Shown piece by piece: positions 17,552 to 26,808 of a DNA stretch of 35,519 bases. Numbering within the stretch: position 1 is the stretch's first letter; every line of letters starts with the position of its first letter. The position numbers were made by a program, and so were the translations under genes. This DNA is from a virus (lineage: Duplodnaviria; Caudoviricetes), in the IMG/VR virus record IMGVR_UViG_3300020045_010913, positions 1-35,519 of that record; one strand, 5' to 3'. Below the pieces are notes generated by a model. It did no database searches. It was not told where the DNA came from and worked only from the letters and a program-made list of their open reading frames with translations.

Positions 17552-19843
17552 ATGAGCGATGATTTCAGCATCACGCGCGACGCCCGCGAACAGCAGATCA
17601 CATCCTGGCTGGAGTGGCTGTACGGCACCGACTTCAGCGGCAACATCTGGATCGGCGGACATCGCAACTGGCTCGGCGCGCGCTTCGCTGCCGGTCAGAT
17701 CGACGAAGCGGCAGCGTTCGCACTCTCCCTCGATGAGGCCGGAGTCGATCTCGACGGTGTGTATCACCGGCTGACCACCATGAGCGACGCGGCGCGCAAG
17801 CGGGGACGAGACGAAGACAGCGTCGCGCTGCCCGCGATCATGCTCGATCTCGACATCAAGGGCCCCGGACACAAGAAGTCAGACCTACCGGAGACCGTCG
17901 AGCAGCTGGAGAGGGCACTCGCGGACGCCGGCCTGCCTGAGCCTTCCGCATGGGTGAACTCCGGAGGTGGCCGGTACCCATGCTGGAGGTTCGATACGCC
18001 CCTACTGCTCACCGCCGGAGAACAGGACTACGTCACGGGGCAGGACTTGCTACGCGCCATTCAGCGCCGCGTCGCGCAGACAGCGGCGGAGCACGGCTGG
18101 AAGTTGGACAATACGTCCGATTTGGCGCGCGTGTACCGCCTTCCGGGGACGACGAACCGCAAGGGTGACGCGCCGATCGTCGCCTGCTGGGAGCAGGCCA
18201 CGGGCGCCAGCTACACAGTGTCTTCCCTGGTCACAGCATCTAGGACACTTAGGACACCCCCTGAGGTGTCCCAGATCGCTCAGATCGCTCAGCCCTCGCG
18301 ACCGCAGCAGTCCAGCTTGTTTGCGCCACACCCGGAACTGAACGAGACACGCGCATTCACCCTCGATCAGGCGCTCGCGTTCGCGACGCCGGCGTTGGTG
18401 GCACTGCGCGAAGCACAGGACGGAGAGATCAACGTCCGGCTGAACGAGGCGGCATGCACCCTGGCGCACTTCGATAACCAGTTCTTCAGCACTGATCAGG
18501 CTGACGCGGTGCTGGCCGACGCACTCAGCTACACCGCATACGACGGGCGAACGTGGAAAGCCGCTGACACGATCGCGTCGGCCAGACGAGCCATGGCCAC
18601 GGACTGGCGCGCCACCCTGATCACACCACCAGTGTTCACGCCAGGGCAGACCGTGCCTCGCGATGGCGAGATCGACCCCGTGGACGCGCTCCTGAGCGAG
18701 ATGCTCGACTTCGATCAGGTGGCGGACATCCCCTCACCGCGCTACCTCATTCACGGACTGCTTCAGTTCGACAGTGAGTCATGGCTGATCGGCGCGCCGG
18801 GGAGCAAGAAGTCTTTCGTCGCGCTGGACATGGCATCACGCGTCGCCAGAGGCGAGACGGACTGGCAGGGGCGCCGGATCAATCCCGCCGACGTCGTCAT
18901 GATCGTCGCTGAAGGTGCCGGCGGACTGGGCAAGAGGGTCAAGGCATGGCGCGCCAGGTACGGGGACGTGAGCGGACTGCGCGTGCTCCCTCGGCCCGTT
19001 CAGTCGGTCCACAAGGGCATGGGCGCTCTGGGGGTGAGCCAGGAGTGGGGAGTGCTGGCCCTGGCCTGTCAGCGTCTCGCTGAGTCGGCCAGGCAGGCAG
19101 GCAGGGGCTTACTCGTCATCATCGACACTCAGGCGCGCGTCACTGTCGGACTGAACGAGAATGACGCAGGGGACATGGGTCATTACATCGAGGCGGTGCG
19201 CCTGATCCGTGAGCGCACCGGCGCGTGTGTCCTCACTGTCCACCACACAGGGCGGGCCGGCGGCGATGCGCGCGGCTCTAGTGCCGTGGACGGCGCGCAG
19301 ACGACAGAGCTGAAGGTGGAGAGCAGGAGCGGCAGTCTCGCGGCCAGACTGCTTACCGAGAAGCAGAAGGATGTGGAGGAACTCGAGCCGATAGAGCTCG
19401 GGTTCGAGGTGGTGGAGCTGGGCACGGACAGCGATGGCGAACCCGTGCGCTCGATCGTGCTGGCTGAGCAGGGTTCCGTGGCGTTCAAGGCGGCATGGTC
19501 CGCCGGGGAGTCCGGCCAGAGTGAGAGTGAGGCACCCCTGACGGATCGTCTGGTGGTCGACTCGTGGATCTCCGCCATCGGGGACCCGAGGGCGAACGTG
19601 CAGCGATGGGTGGTTCAGGTCCTGGTGGACACGGCGGAGACGCTGGGCCTCACTCAGCCAGAGGTGCGCGAAATCCTGAAGCACAAATTCGGGGAGAGCA
19701 TCAGTACGACAACGTTCAGAAAGGCATGGCAAGCGGTCACGTCAACAGAGGGAGTGTGGACGAACTACGTCGTGCCTTCCAGTGGTGCACGTTGGACCGT
19801 CGATCGGATGGCCATCGCTGAGGCGTCCGGTATGTCCGAATAG
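17552..19843 (+). CDS. DNA primase-helicase (AEP/RepB'-like primase plus RepA/AAA_25 helicase)
   Basis: Primase motifs LDLD, VNSGGG and RVYRLPGTTNRK. Helicase motifs GAPGSKKS, AEG, IIDT and HHTGR...RGSSA. Confidence 0.9.
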   Translation: MSDDFSITRDAREQQITSWLEWLYGTDFSGNIWIGGHRNWLGARFAAGQIDEAAAFALSLDEAGVDLDGVYHRLTTMSDAARKRGRDEDSVALPAIMLDLDIKGPGHKKSDLPETVEQLERALADAGLPEPSAWVNSGGGRYPCWRFDTPLLLTAGEQDYVTGQDLLRAIQRRVAQTAAEHGWKLDNTSDLARVYRLPGTTNRKGDAPIVACWEQATGASYTVSSLVTASRTLRTPPEVSQIAQIAQPSRPQQSSLFAPHPELNETRAFTLDQALAFATPALVALREAQDGEINVRLNEAACTLAHFDNQFFSTDQADAVLADALSYTAYDGRTWKAADTIASARRAMATDWRATLITPPVFTPGQTVPRDGEIDPVDALLSEMLDFDQVADIPSPRYLIHGLLQFDSESWLIGAPGSKKSFVALDMASRVARGETDWQGRRINPADVVMIVAEGAGGLGKRVKAWRARYGDVSGLRVLPRPVQSVHKGMGALGVSQEWGVLALACQRLAESARQAGRGLLVIIDTQARVTVGLNENDAGDMGHYIEAVRLIRERTGACVLTVHHTGRAGGDARGSSAVDGAQTTELKVESRSGSLAARLLTEKQKDVEELEPIELGFEVVELGTDSDGEPVRSIVLAEQGSVAFKAAWSAGESGQSESEAPLTDRLVVDSWISAIGDPRANVQRWVVQVLVDTAETLGLTQPEVREILKHKFGESISTTTFRKAWQAVTSTEGVWTNYVVPSSGARWTVDRMAIAEASGMSE

Positions 19844-19848
19844 CGAGG

Positions 19849-20083
19849 GTGTCCTAGAGGGTGTCCTAGATGAACTAGGACACCCTCTAGGACACCCGAA
19901 TATGTCCTATTTTGTGAAAACGCTAGGACACCTTAGGACACCCACTAGGACACCCAAGTTTGTGCAGGTCAGAGGCATGTAGGACACTTAGGACACCCCT
20001 AGGACACTAGTCTAGTGACTATACTGGACAACATCTAGGACACCTCTCCCCGTATCTTTAGTACGGGAGGTGGGGTGTCCTAG
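19849..20083. repeat. Iteron array (TAGGACAC), probable replication origin
   Basis: About 12 copies of TAGGACAC/GTGTCCTA in both orientations right after the primase-helicase, with an AT-rich patch near 19900-19920. Confidence 0.85.
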
Positions 20084-20184
20084 ACTTGATCTTGGTTCCG
20101 TTGGGACCCGGGGATTGTGTGAAACAATCGAGTGTGAAAGAATCAAGTAGTAAGCAAACGAGCGACAACGTTGGGGAGCTGAAC

Positions 20185-20409
20185 ATGAGCAAGGTGCAGA
20201 ACATGAAGCAGGCGATCGGGATGGATGTCTTCCGCGCGCTGGGTCTCGCCGGCGATGACAAGATCGGCTATGTCGTTCGTCTGGCCGACGAGCGGACGAT
20301 GACTGCACTGCGCGTGCATGGAGTCATCGGGAAGAACGACGGGCTGACGATCCTCGGTAGTGCTCTGGCCGCTCAGGCGCGCGCTCAGATTCTCGACGAA
20401 CTGTTCTGA
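20185..20409 (+). CDS. Small winged-helix-like protein
   Basis: RTMTALRVHGVI....LTILG motif; SD GGGGAG. Confidence 0.6.
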   Translation: MSKVQNMKQAIGMDVFRALGLAGDDKIGYVVRLADERTMTALRVHGVIGKNDGLTILGSALAAQARAQILDELF

Positions 20410-20433
20410 CGCTCTCGATTCCTTCGCACGTAT

Positions 20434-20476
20434 GATCGGCCAGACGTTCGCTGTCTGGCCGATCGTGCTGTATGAT
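20434..20476 (+). promoter_or_regulatory. Hairpin followed by -10 TATGAT
   Basis: GATCGGCCAGAC/GTCTGGCCGATC stem, then TATGAT at 20471-20476. Confidence 0.55.
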
Positions 20477-20520
20477 GAGCGGGTACGCATGCGTCGATTA
20501 ATGAAGCGGGGTATCGGGCA

Positions 20521-21024
20521 ATGCAAATTCTCAGCACGGACATGGGTGTGCGAGTGAACGTGCATGGACGTCCGCGCACCAAGGGTTCGCTCGAACCCGT
20601 TCACGTCAAGCTTGGGCAGGGGCGCTGCCGCGTGTCGCTCACGGAGTCCGGGGAGTACTCCGTGCCGTGGAAGAAAACGATGATCAGCGGGATCAAGTCC
20701 GTGTGCGTGGTCGATCGCTTCCGCGATCCGGTGATCGTGGACATGTTCGCGCGGTTCGATCGTCAGTGTCTGGCCGACGATGACCTGACGTGGCCCACGC
20801 GGCGCACGGGAATCCACGCGCACGGAGATGAGGACAAGCTCCGGCGCAACGTACTCGACGCACTCGAACAGTCGGGCCTGATCCGCGATGACGCTCTCGT
20901 TGTCGGTGGACTCAGTGTCAAGCGATGGACACTGGCGGGCGAGTCGTGCGGCATCGTGATCAAGGTACGCGCGGCGCATGCTGGAGATCTTGAGGCGATG
21001 CTCGCTGAGGAAGGGGCGCGATGA
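20521..21024 (+). CDS. rusA: RusA-like Holliday junction resolvase
   Basis: GRPRTKGS and GDEDKLRRNVLDAL...IRDDALVV catalytic Asp pattern. Confidence 0.85.
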   Translation: MQILSTDMGVRVNVHGRPRTKGSLEPVHVKLGQGRCRVSLTESGEYSVPWKKTMISGIKSVCVVDRFRDPVIVDMFARFDRQCLADDDLTWPTRRTGIHAHGDEDKLRRNVLDALEQSGLIRDDALVVGGLSVKRWTLAGESCGIVIKVRAAHAGDLEAMLAEEGAR

Positions 21025-21656
21025 TGGACGGGTTCGAGATCATCGACCGTTCCCACCTGGTACGGCGCGTCTGTGCGTGCAGCGCGGTCGCTCTGGCTGA
21101 CGCGGAGTACGCGGGCATCGTGAGGTGCGGTGCCTGTCTTCGCGCTCTGGCCGATCGCGCTACCGCGATGCCGGCTGTTGACCCGTGGGAAGACTCGCCC
21201 TCGTGGCTGTCCATGCTCGGGCAGGGGTACCCGGTGCGCGCCGCTCTGGTCGCGGACCAGTACCCGTCGCCTGAGATCACGTCACGGGAACCGTGGGACG
21301 GCGCCGGGGTCCCCCTTGCCGTAGCCAAACGGGCTGAGAGCGCCGTAGCGGCCCGATGGGACGTCAGGGTGCAGCGGAGTAGGGGTTGCGCCCCTAACGC
21401 CGCCAACGGACGTCCTGGGGTGGTTAAAACGCGGTTCGCGCTCGTACTGGGTAACGGGTACGCGTCGGCCTACGCGGTTCACGATGGATCATCGTGGAAG
21501 TCGATCATGCTGTGGTCGGCTGAGCGGCCCTGGTTTCCGCTTGCCACGGTGACCGATCTGGGGGAGTACATCGCCGCCGGCGGAAAAATGAATGACGAAT
21601 GGTTCGACGCGATCAGGCGTCGCGAGGCAGAAAAGAAGAGGAGCGCATCACAATGA
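21021..21656 (+). CDS. Hypothetical protein with N-terminal Cys cluster
   Basis: CAC...CGAC; coupled by ATGA overlaps. Confidence 0.65.
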   Translation: MMDGFEIIDRSHLVRRVCACSAVALADAEYAGIVRCGACLRALADRATAMPAVDPWEDSPSWLSMLGQGYPVRAALVADQYPSPEITSREPWDGAGVPLAVAKRAESAVAARWDVRVQRSRGCAPNAANGRPGVVKTRFALVLGNGYASAYAVHDGSSWKSIMLWSAERPWFPLATVTDLGEYIAAGGKMNDEWFDAIRRREAEKKRSASQ

Positions 21657-21853
21657 AGATCGAACTTGTCGGCGGGGCACATTGCGGAACGGTGATGGAC
21701 GTCAAGTACCTTGATCCTCAGGTCAAGGTGGGGCGCGCTGAGCTGTACAGGCGGCGTGACAAGTCGCTGATGCTCTCCAGCCCTGGACTCGCCTGCTACG
21801 GGCAGGCCGGACACCGCATGTACGACTACCAGAAAGGGGACACGCCAGTATGA
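21653..21853 (+). CDS. Hypothetical protein (IELVGG.H.G motif)
   Basis: ATGA overlaps; SD GAGGAG. Confidence 0.6.
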   Translation: MKIELVGGAHCGTVMDVKYLDPQVKVGRAELYRRRDKSLMLSSPGLACYGQAGHRMYDYQKGDTPV

Positions 21854-22311
21854 CGCGAGGCGTCACTGAAAATGAGATCCGCGATCTGGAGATCTACGAA
21901 AAGCGCATGAGGGGCGCGTCCCTCATGGCGCTGGGGGAAGAGTACGGGCTACATCAGTCGCGCATTTCCGTGATCGTGAAGGAAGTCCGCAAGACCATTC
22001 CCCAGAAGTCCAGGGAAGAGCTGATCTCCCTGAGTTTCGATCAGCTCGAATATCTCCGGGAAAAGGTTATCGAGCTTGCGAACCTACCCGGAGCGCCCGT
22101 CACTGCTGGTCAACTGGGGGAGATCGTCAGAGACCCAGAGACGGAGGACGTGGTTCGAGACTACTCGCTCCGACTGCGCGCCATCGCCGAGGCGCACAGG
22201 ATGAACGTGACGTTCGCCAAACGTCACGGGCTGGAGGCGCCTACTCAGGTGGACGTCAAGGCCGCGATCCAGTATGAGATCGTGGGCGTGGACCCTGAGG
22301 CGCTGACGTGA
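21850..22311 (+). CDS. HTH protein, probable terminase small subunit
   Basis: N-terminal HTH (RMRGASLMALGEEYGLHQSRIS) and C-terminal GLEAP...YEIVGVD. Upstream of the large terminase. Confidence 0.65.
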   Translation: MTRGVTENEIRDLEIYEKRMRGASLMALGEEYGLHQSRISVIVKEVRKTIPQKSREELISLSFDQLEYLREKVIELANLPGAPVTAGQLGEIVRDPETEDVVRDYSLRLRAIAEAHRMNVTFAKRHGLEAPTQVDVKAAIQYEIVGVDPEALT

Positions 22312-22538
22312 GCGACGTCAAAGCCGATAAGCAGGCGTTGCGCGCGATCGCCAGGAAGTTCGCGTCGGAGTGCGTCCCCGTGTGCAGCGCCGTGGACAAG
22401 TTCAGCTACGTGAACGAGGCACGCGCACAAGCGTGCGCACGTGCCTTGCTGGCCGCCGGCGGATCGGAAATGCGCGCCTATCAGTGTGACTACGGGAAGC
22501 GCTTCCGTACTCACTGGCACCTGACGTCGATCCTATGA
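22308..22538 (+). CDS. Hypothetical protein (RAYxC...WHLTS family)
   Basis: RAYQCDYG...HWHLTS, a motif common in small actinophage proteins. Confidence 0.65.
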   Translation: MSDVKADKQALRAIARKFASECVPVCSAVDKFSYVNEARAQACARALLAAGGSEMRAYQCDYGKRFRTHWHLTSIL

Positions 22539-22690
22539 GCGCGCGCGTAAGGTCGGGTCTGTGGTCGATGGTGGCGTTGTGCGCAGCCCTGGGTAACCCC
22601 CGGCTGGGGTGGGTTGCTGTGTGCGCGTGTCTGGCCGGGGCGTGCATGGTCGCTGCCCTGCTGATCGGTGAGCGGTGGGGCGATGTCTGA
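22535..22690 (+). CDS. 51-aa membrane protein (not in ORF track)
   Basis: MSARVRSGLWSMVALCAALG...; ATGA overlap; fills the gap to the terminase. Confidence 0.5.
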   Translation: MSARVRSGLWSMVALCAALGNPRLGWVAVCACLAGACMVAALLIGERWGDV

Positions 22691-24062
22691 TCGGATCGTC
22701 AGGAGAATCGTCACCAGGGGAGCGGCGCGGGAGATCTTGCCAGACCGCTCCCCTGAGGTGCTGATCGCCGGGCCGGCGGGTACGGGTAAGTCATGGGTGG
22801 CACTGTTCAAGATCCACTTGATGTGTCTGGCGAACGGCGCGTGCCGGCCGGACTGCGCGCGGGATCATGAGCATCACGATCGTGGCATGAAGGCGCTCAT
22901 TGTTCGCAAGACAGCGAAGAGCCTGACATCGACAGGCTTGGTGACGTTCCGCGAACAGGTGGCGGCTGACGCCATTGCTCAGGGCTTGCTGAAGTGGTAC
23001 GGGGGATCAAGCGAGAAACCGGCGCAGTACCTGTACGCGAATGGGAGCAGCATCGTTGTCGGTGGGCTCGACAACCCTGACAAGATCATGAGTACTGAGT
23101 ACGACGTGATCTTCATTCAGGAAGCCACGGATTGCACGCTCGACGATTGGGAGAAATGTGGTTCGCGCCTGCGTAACGGGCGCGTGTCGTTTCAGCAGTT
23201 GCTGGCTGACTGCAACCCACAACAGCCGTCGCACTGGCTGAAGCAGCGATGCGACGATGGCAGGACGAAGATGCTGTACTCGCGTCATGAGGACAATCCT
23301 CGGATCTTTGGCGATGATGGTGCGCTCACCGCATACGGCAGTGCGTATCTGGCGCGGCTCGACGCGCTCACCGGTGTGCGGTACATGCGCTTGCGTAAGG
23401 GGCAATGGGTTGCCGCTGAAGGCCTGATCTATGAGGACTGGCGCCCCGACGTCCACTTGATTGATCGCGAAGTTCTACCTCTGGCATGGCCGCGAATCTG
23501 GGGTGTCGACTTCGGGTACACGAACCCGTTCGTGTGGCAGATGTGGGCTGTCGATCCCGACGGGCGCTTGTACCTAGAGAAGGAGATCTACCGCACCAAG
23601 AGGCTGGTGGAGGATCACGCGCGCGACATCTTGAGCGTGGTCACGCGCAAGGATGGGACGTGGAAGTTCCCAAAGCCTCAGGCGATCGTCTGTGACCATG
23701 ATGCTGAGGACAGAGCCACGCTCGAACGGCACATCGGAATGGGCACGGTTGCCGCCATGAAGAGTGTGAAGGTCGGAATCGAGGCGATGCAAGTGCGCAT
23801 GCGTGATGCCGGTGATGGCCTGCCGCGCCTGTTCGTTCTGCGTGACTCGCTGGTGTCGCGCGATGACGAGCTGAAGGATCGTGGCTTTCCGGTGAGCTTC
23901 AAGGATGAGGCAGAGGGATACACGTGGAAGCCTGGTGCGGACGGCAAGCCTGTTCCTGATGAGCCGCTGAAGCTACATGATCACTCGATGGATACTGCGC
24001 GCTACGTTGTCGCGTATCAAGATCTTGCGCCACGTACGCGCGTGAGGTTCATCAACGGGTGA
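22683..24062 (+). CDS. terL: Terminase large subunit (PBSX/Terminase_3-like)
   Basis: Motifs GPAGTGKS, IFIQEA, DCNP, GVDFGYTNP and DHSMDTARY. Confidence 0.95.
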   Translation: MSDRIVRRIVTRGAAREILPDRSPEVLIAGPAGTGKSWVALFKIHLMCLANGACRPDCARDHEHHDRGMKALIVRKTAKSLTSTGLVTFREQVAADAIAQGLLKWYGGSSEKPAQYLYANGSSIVVGGLDNPDKIMSTEYDVIFIQEATDCTLDDWEKCGSRLRNGRVSFQQLLADCNPQQPSHWLKQRCDDGRTKMLYSRHEDNPRIFGDDGALTAYGSAYLARLDALTGVRYMRLRKGQWVAAEGLIYEDWRPDVHLIDREVLPLAWPRIWGVDFGYTNPFVWQMWAVDPDGRLYLEKEIYRTKRLVEDHARDILSVVTRKDGTWKFPKPQAIVCDHDAEDRATLERHIGMGTVAAMKSVKVGIEAMQVRMRDAGDGLPRLFVLRDSLVSRDDELKDRGFPVSFKDEAEGYTWKPGADGKPVPDEPLKLHDHSMDTARYVVAYQDLAPRTRVRFING

Positions 24063-24084
24063 GTGTTGCGCTATGATTGATGGT

Positions 24085-24267
24085 ATGAAGAATCGTGTCG
24101 TAACGTTTGATCATGTAGTGGACGATGGCCCGCGCGCCGGACAGCTCCACCGCGTCACGATGGAGCTGGAGGCCGGCAAGGTTGTGCGCGTCACGTCGAG
24201 ATTCATCGACGGCCCGACGTTGCCGGCAACGGCGCTGCTGCTCACTGAGCAGAACCGCGAGGAGTGA
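24085..24267 (+). CDS. Hypothetical protein, probably leaderless
   Basis: TATGAT (24072-24077), 7 nt, then ATG; followed by a terminator. Confidence 0.55.
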   Translation: MKNRVVTFDHVVDDGPRAGQLHRVTMELEAGKVVRVTSRFIDGPTLPATALLLTEQNREE

Positions 24268-24285
24268 AACGTATCAAGATGATCT

Positions 24286-24323
24286 ACGAGAAGAGGTGCC
24301 GGTCTCCCGGCACCTCTTCTCGT
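24286..24323. terminator. Bidirectional terminator
   Basis: 17-bp perfect stem between convergent genes. Confidence 0.8.
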
Positions 24324-24583
24324 CACAGGTCCCAGAGTGCGTTGGCGATCTCTAGGCTCTCCTCCATGTCGGTCAGGATCCCCTGAGTCTCGTCGTAGAG
24401 GCAGGCCACGTCCCAGTCTGTCAGGTCCCTCTTGGCGATCTTGGCCAGTTCCTTCTCGGCCCACTTGATCATGTCGATGATCTCTTCCCGTTCAGTGAGG
24501 GTCCAAAAGCATCCCGTCTGGGTTACGAACGTCTCTTCGTCAACCTGGGTGTAGATCTTGCCGTCGATCTCCTGAACCTTCAT
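24323..24583 (-). CDS. Acidic hypothetical protein (86 aa), reverse-oriented moron
   Basis: MKVQEIDGKIY...; SD GGGAG; own promoter TTGCTC-16-TACAGT. Confidence 0.7.
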   Translation of the reverse strand: MKVQEIDGKIYTQVDEETFVTQTGCFWTLTEREEIIDMIKWAEKELAKIAKRDLTDWDVACLYDETQGILTDMEESLEIANALWDL

Positions 24584-24619
24584 CTCGTTCTCCCTGCTCT
24601 CTCGCTCCCTGATGTAATA

Positions 24620-24680
24620 ACTGTACCACAGTAAATCAGGAGAGCAAGGGGCTTCCTCGTCTTTTTTTTTGTGGTACGGT
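24620..24680. promoter_or_regulatory. Divergent promoters with inverted TGTGGTAC(A/G)GT boxes
   Basis: The box is on minus at 24620-24630 and on plus at 24670-24680; each copy contains a -10. Confidence 0.65.
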
Positions 24681-24686
24681 AAAGGC

Positions 24687-24905
24687 ATGACAGAGGAGAC
24701 CACTCGTCGGCGAGGCCGGCCGGCTACCGGAGTCACCCCCAAGCGCAACGTCCGCATCGGGGAAGTCTGGGCGCGCGGCGAAATGCTGGCCGCTCAGCTC
24801 GGCGTCTCGATGACTGCCTATGTTGAGGAAGCCTTGCGTCGGGAGAACGCCCGATGCGACGCCTTATCGCGCACCAACGTTGCGATCATGAAAGATTCGG
24901 AGTAG
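24687..24905 (+). CDS. Ribbon-helix-helix DNA-binding protein, leaderless
   Basis: RGRPATG.TPKRNVRI..VW......A...G.SMTAYVEEALRR; preceded by TACGGT-6-ATG. Confidence 0.8.
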   Translation: MTEETTRRRGRPATGVTPKRNVRIGEVWARGEMLAAQLGVSMTAYVEEALRRENARCDALSRTNVAIMKDSE

Positions 24906-24915
24906 CGTCAATCGC

Positions 24916-25086
24916 ATGCCAGCACGTAGAGATAACGATCGAGCGAGGCTCGATCACGAGGTCAAGGCTGATCCCGACATCAGGGGAGCGCGCAAGGGAC
25001 GACGCGGCCAGTACGACGATTCGCGTCAGCCCAGCGCGCACGAGACGGACAGGGTTCAGCGCGACATGAACAAAGGGCGCGGCTAG
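24916..25086 (+). CDS. 56-aa charged protein, leaderless (not in ORF track)
   Basis: MPARRDNDRARLDHE...; preceded by TTGCGA-17-TAGCGT-7-ATG; TAGTG overlap with the next gene. Confidence 0.55.
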   Translation: MPARRDNDRARLDHEVKADPDIRGARKGRRGQYDDSRQPSAHETDRVQRDMNKGRG

Positions 25087-25352
25087 TGGACGTGATCGAC
25101 GGTCTGGGCGCGCTCGCGTGCGGGACGCTCGTTGCCGGCATGACGGTATGGCGTCTGCACGGGCGCGCCGTCGACTGGCTTGCGCTCGCAGTGATGATCA
25201 TGACTGCACGAGTGATCTGCGTCGCGCGCCAGGGTGACGGGTTCGAAACGGCGGTAGGGCTCGCGAGCCTGGTAATGGCCGTGATGGCGACGTGCGCGAA
25301 AGTGCACGTTATGCGCGCGCCAACCAATCAAAAAGGGGAAGAGGGCAAGTGA
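25086..25352 (+). CDS. 3-TM membrane protein
   Basis: Three hydrophobic segments. Confidence 0.6.
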   Translation: MDVIDGLGALACGTLVAGMTVWRLHGRAVDWLALAVMIMTARVICVARQGDGFETAVGLASLVMAVMATCAKVHVMRAPTNQKGEEGK

Positions 25353-25597
25353 GTATCGGGGACAGGATCAGGGACAGGCAGGAGAGCGAGCGCGCGGCTC
25401 GTGAACGCGCTAGCGAAATCCTCCAGCGCCACCAGTCCAGCGGCGCAGACGGGCCGGCCGCTCACGGCGGGACGGGTGACGAGTACGGATCAGGGCGACT
25501 CACCCGCGCGCAGCGTAAGTCTCAGGAGAAACACATCCCCGTGACTGACGGACCCAAGACGCGCGCGCAGAAAGTCGCGCGCAAGCTCTGGGGGTAG
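25349..25597 (+). CDS. Charged hypothetical protein (82 aa)
   Basis: GTGA overlap, purine-rich SD, followed by a terminator. Confidence 0.6.
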   Translation: MSIGDRIRDRQESERAARERASEILQRHQSSGADGPAAHGGTGDEYGSGRLTRAQRKSQEKHIPVTDGPKTRAQKVARKLWG

Positions 25598-25609
25598 TAC
25601 GACATCATC

Positions 25610-25649
25610 GCGAGCGCGCGCGGACAGTCCGCGCGCGCTCGCTCTTTTT
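25610..25649 (+). terminator. Intrinsic terminator
   Basis: GCGAGCGCGCGCGGAC-A-GTCCGCGCGCGCTCGC followed by TCTTTTT. Confidence 0.8.
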
Positions 25650-25660
25650 GAGGGGATGAC

Positions 25661-25912
25661 ATGCTGAAGACTTACCGGCTGTATGCGTTCGAGCGTGGCG
25701 GGTATGAAGTTCTGACCGATCAGATCCACCTGATCGCGCTCGACCTCGACACGCCCCTAGGGATATCGCTGGCGCGCGTCGAGCTGGAGAACGCGCGCGT
25801 CACTCTTGCGCGCGCGCTGAACCTCGATGGGAGTGCGACGGCGTTCTTCCGGCTGGAAGTGCATGAGCACGATGATCGCGGCGCGCTCGTCATGGATTGG
25901 TGTGGCGCGTGA
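25661..25912 (+). CDS. Hypothetical protein (83 aa)
   Basis: SD GAGGGG. Confidence 0.65.
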   Translation: MLKTYRLYAFERGGYEVLTDQIHLIALDLDTPLGISLARVELENARVTLARALNLDGSATAFFRLEVHEHDDRGALVMDWCGA

Positions 25913-26430
25913 TCCGTGCCATGAGTCCAACGGGTGTGTTCGTTGTGCTCATGCTGGCGCTGCTGATCGACTATCTGAGCGTGGGGCGCGACTCGATCAG
26001 GGACAGGGTCGCGTTCCTACTCGCAGTTGCCGGCTTCCGCGACGGGTTCGATGGGTCACCACTGGACAGGTGGACGGTGCAGCGCCTCAGCGACTTCATC
26101 GGTGCGTTGCTGGAGAAAACGGGTGACGCGTACATCGCTGGCACGAACATCAACATTGCGGTTGGCGCGATGGTCGGACTGCTGGGTATCTACGGGATGG
26201 CGTGCCTCATCCCGTCGAGGGCAAGCAAGAGGTTGGGTCGCTGGGTGACGTTGAGCTTTCCCACCTCAGCTATGGGGCGGATCAACTGGAAGCTGTGGGT
26301 GGTGGCTTTCTTGCTCGGCATTCTGGCCGACCTGGGGCGAGGCGTGATCGGAGAGGCTGTGGAGTTCTTCGTCGAGTCGATGACGTGGATCGCTGCGCCG
26401 TTGGTCATCCTGCTGTTCGGGGCGGCGTGA
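25909..26430 (+). CDS. Multi-TM membrane protein
   Basis: About 4-5 hydrophobic segments; GTGA overlap (alternative start ATG 25921). Confidence 0.7.
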   Translation: MIRAMSPTGVFVVLMLALLIDYLSVGRDSIRDRVAFLLAVAGFRDGFDGSPLDRWTVQRLSDFIGALLEKTGDAYIAGTNINIAVGAMVGLLGIYGMACLIPSRASKRLGRWVTLSFPTSAMGRINWKLWVVAFLLGILADLGRGVIGEAVEFFVESMTWIAAPLVILLFGAA

Positions 26431-26693
26431 TGTCTGCTCTGGCCGAGACTGAGGTGCGTCACGGGTGGGGTGGGCCGATCGCCATCGCGCTCGCTTTCCT
26501 GCTGATCCTGATGGTGCATGCGATCCGTGTCATGATCCAGAACCACTCCCCCACCGCTGACCAGGATGACGAGTGGGACGACCTTGACCAGGAAAAAGAG
26601 TGGCCTGAGGACGACTGGGCCGACGGCGGGGGAGTGGATGATGATCATGATGGAGTGAGGCGATACGACTGGGGCTCGACAAGCAAGGATTGA
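26430..26693 (+). CDS. Single-TM protein with acidic tail
   Basis: TGATG overlap; TM followed by a D/E/W-rich tail. Confidence 0.65.
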   Translation: MSALAETEVRHGWGGPIAIALAFLLILMVHAIRVMIQNHSPTADQDDEWDDLDQEKEWPEDDWADGGGVDDDHDGVRRYDWGSTSKD

Positions 26694-26700
26694 CGCGCAG

Positions 26701-26736
26701 CGATGGGCAGTGAAGGCGAATCTTCACTGCCCATCG
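26701..26736 (+). terminator. Intrinsic terminator
   Basis: 15-bp perfect stem after the stop codon. Confidence 0.75.
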
Positions 26737-26808
26737 TCGTCTCATGGTTCATGTTGCATCGATTCGCGCACGAGAGTAGAGTGACGTCATGACTGACGAT
26801 GTGGAGGA

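Noticed and set aside
19849-20083. Repeat array as a CRISPR
   Set aside because: The units are 8-11 nt, in both orientations, irregularly spaced, and have no spacer-sized unique sequences.
24661-24670. T9 tract as a phase-variation switch
   Set aside because: It lies in a promoter spacer and could vary, but one sequence gives no evidence of length variation.
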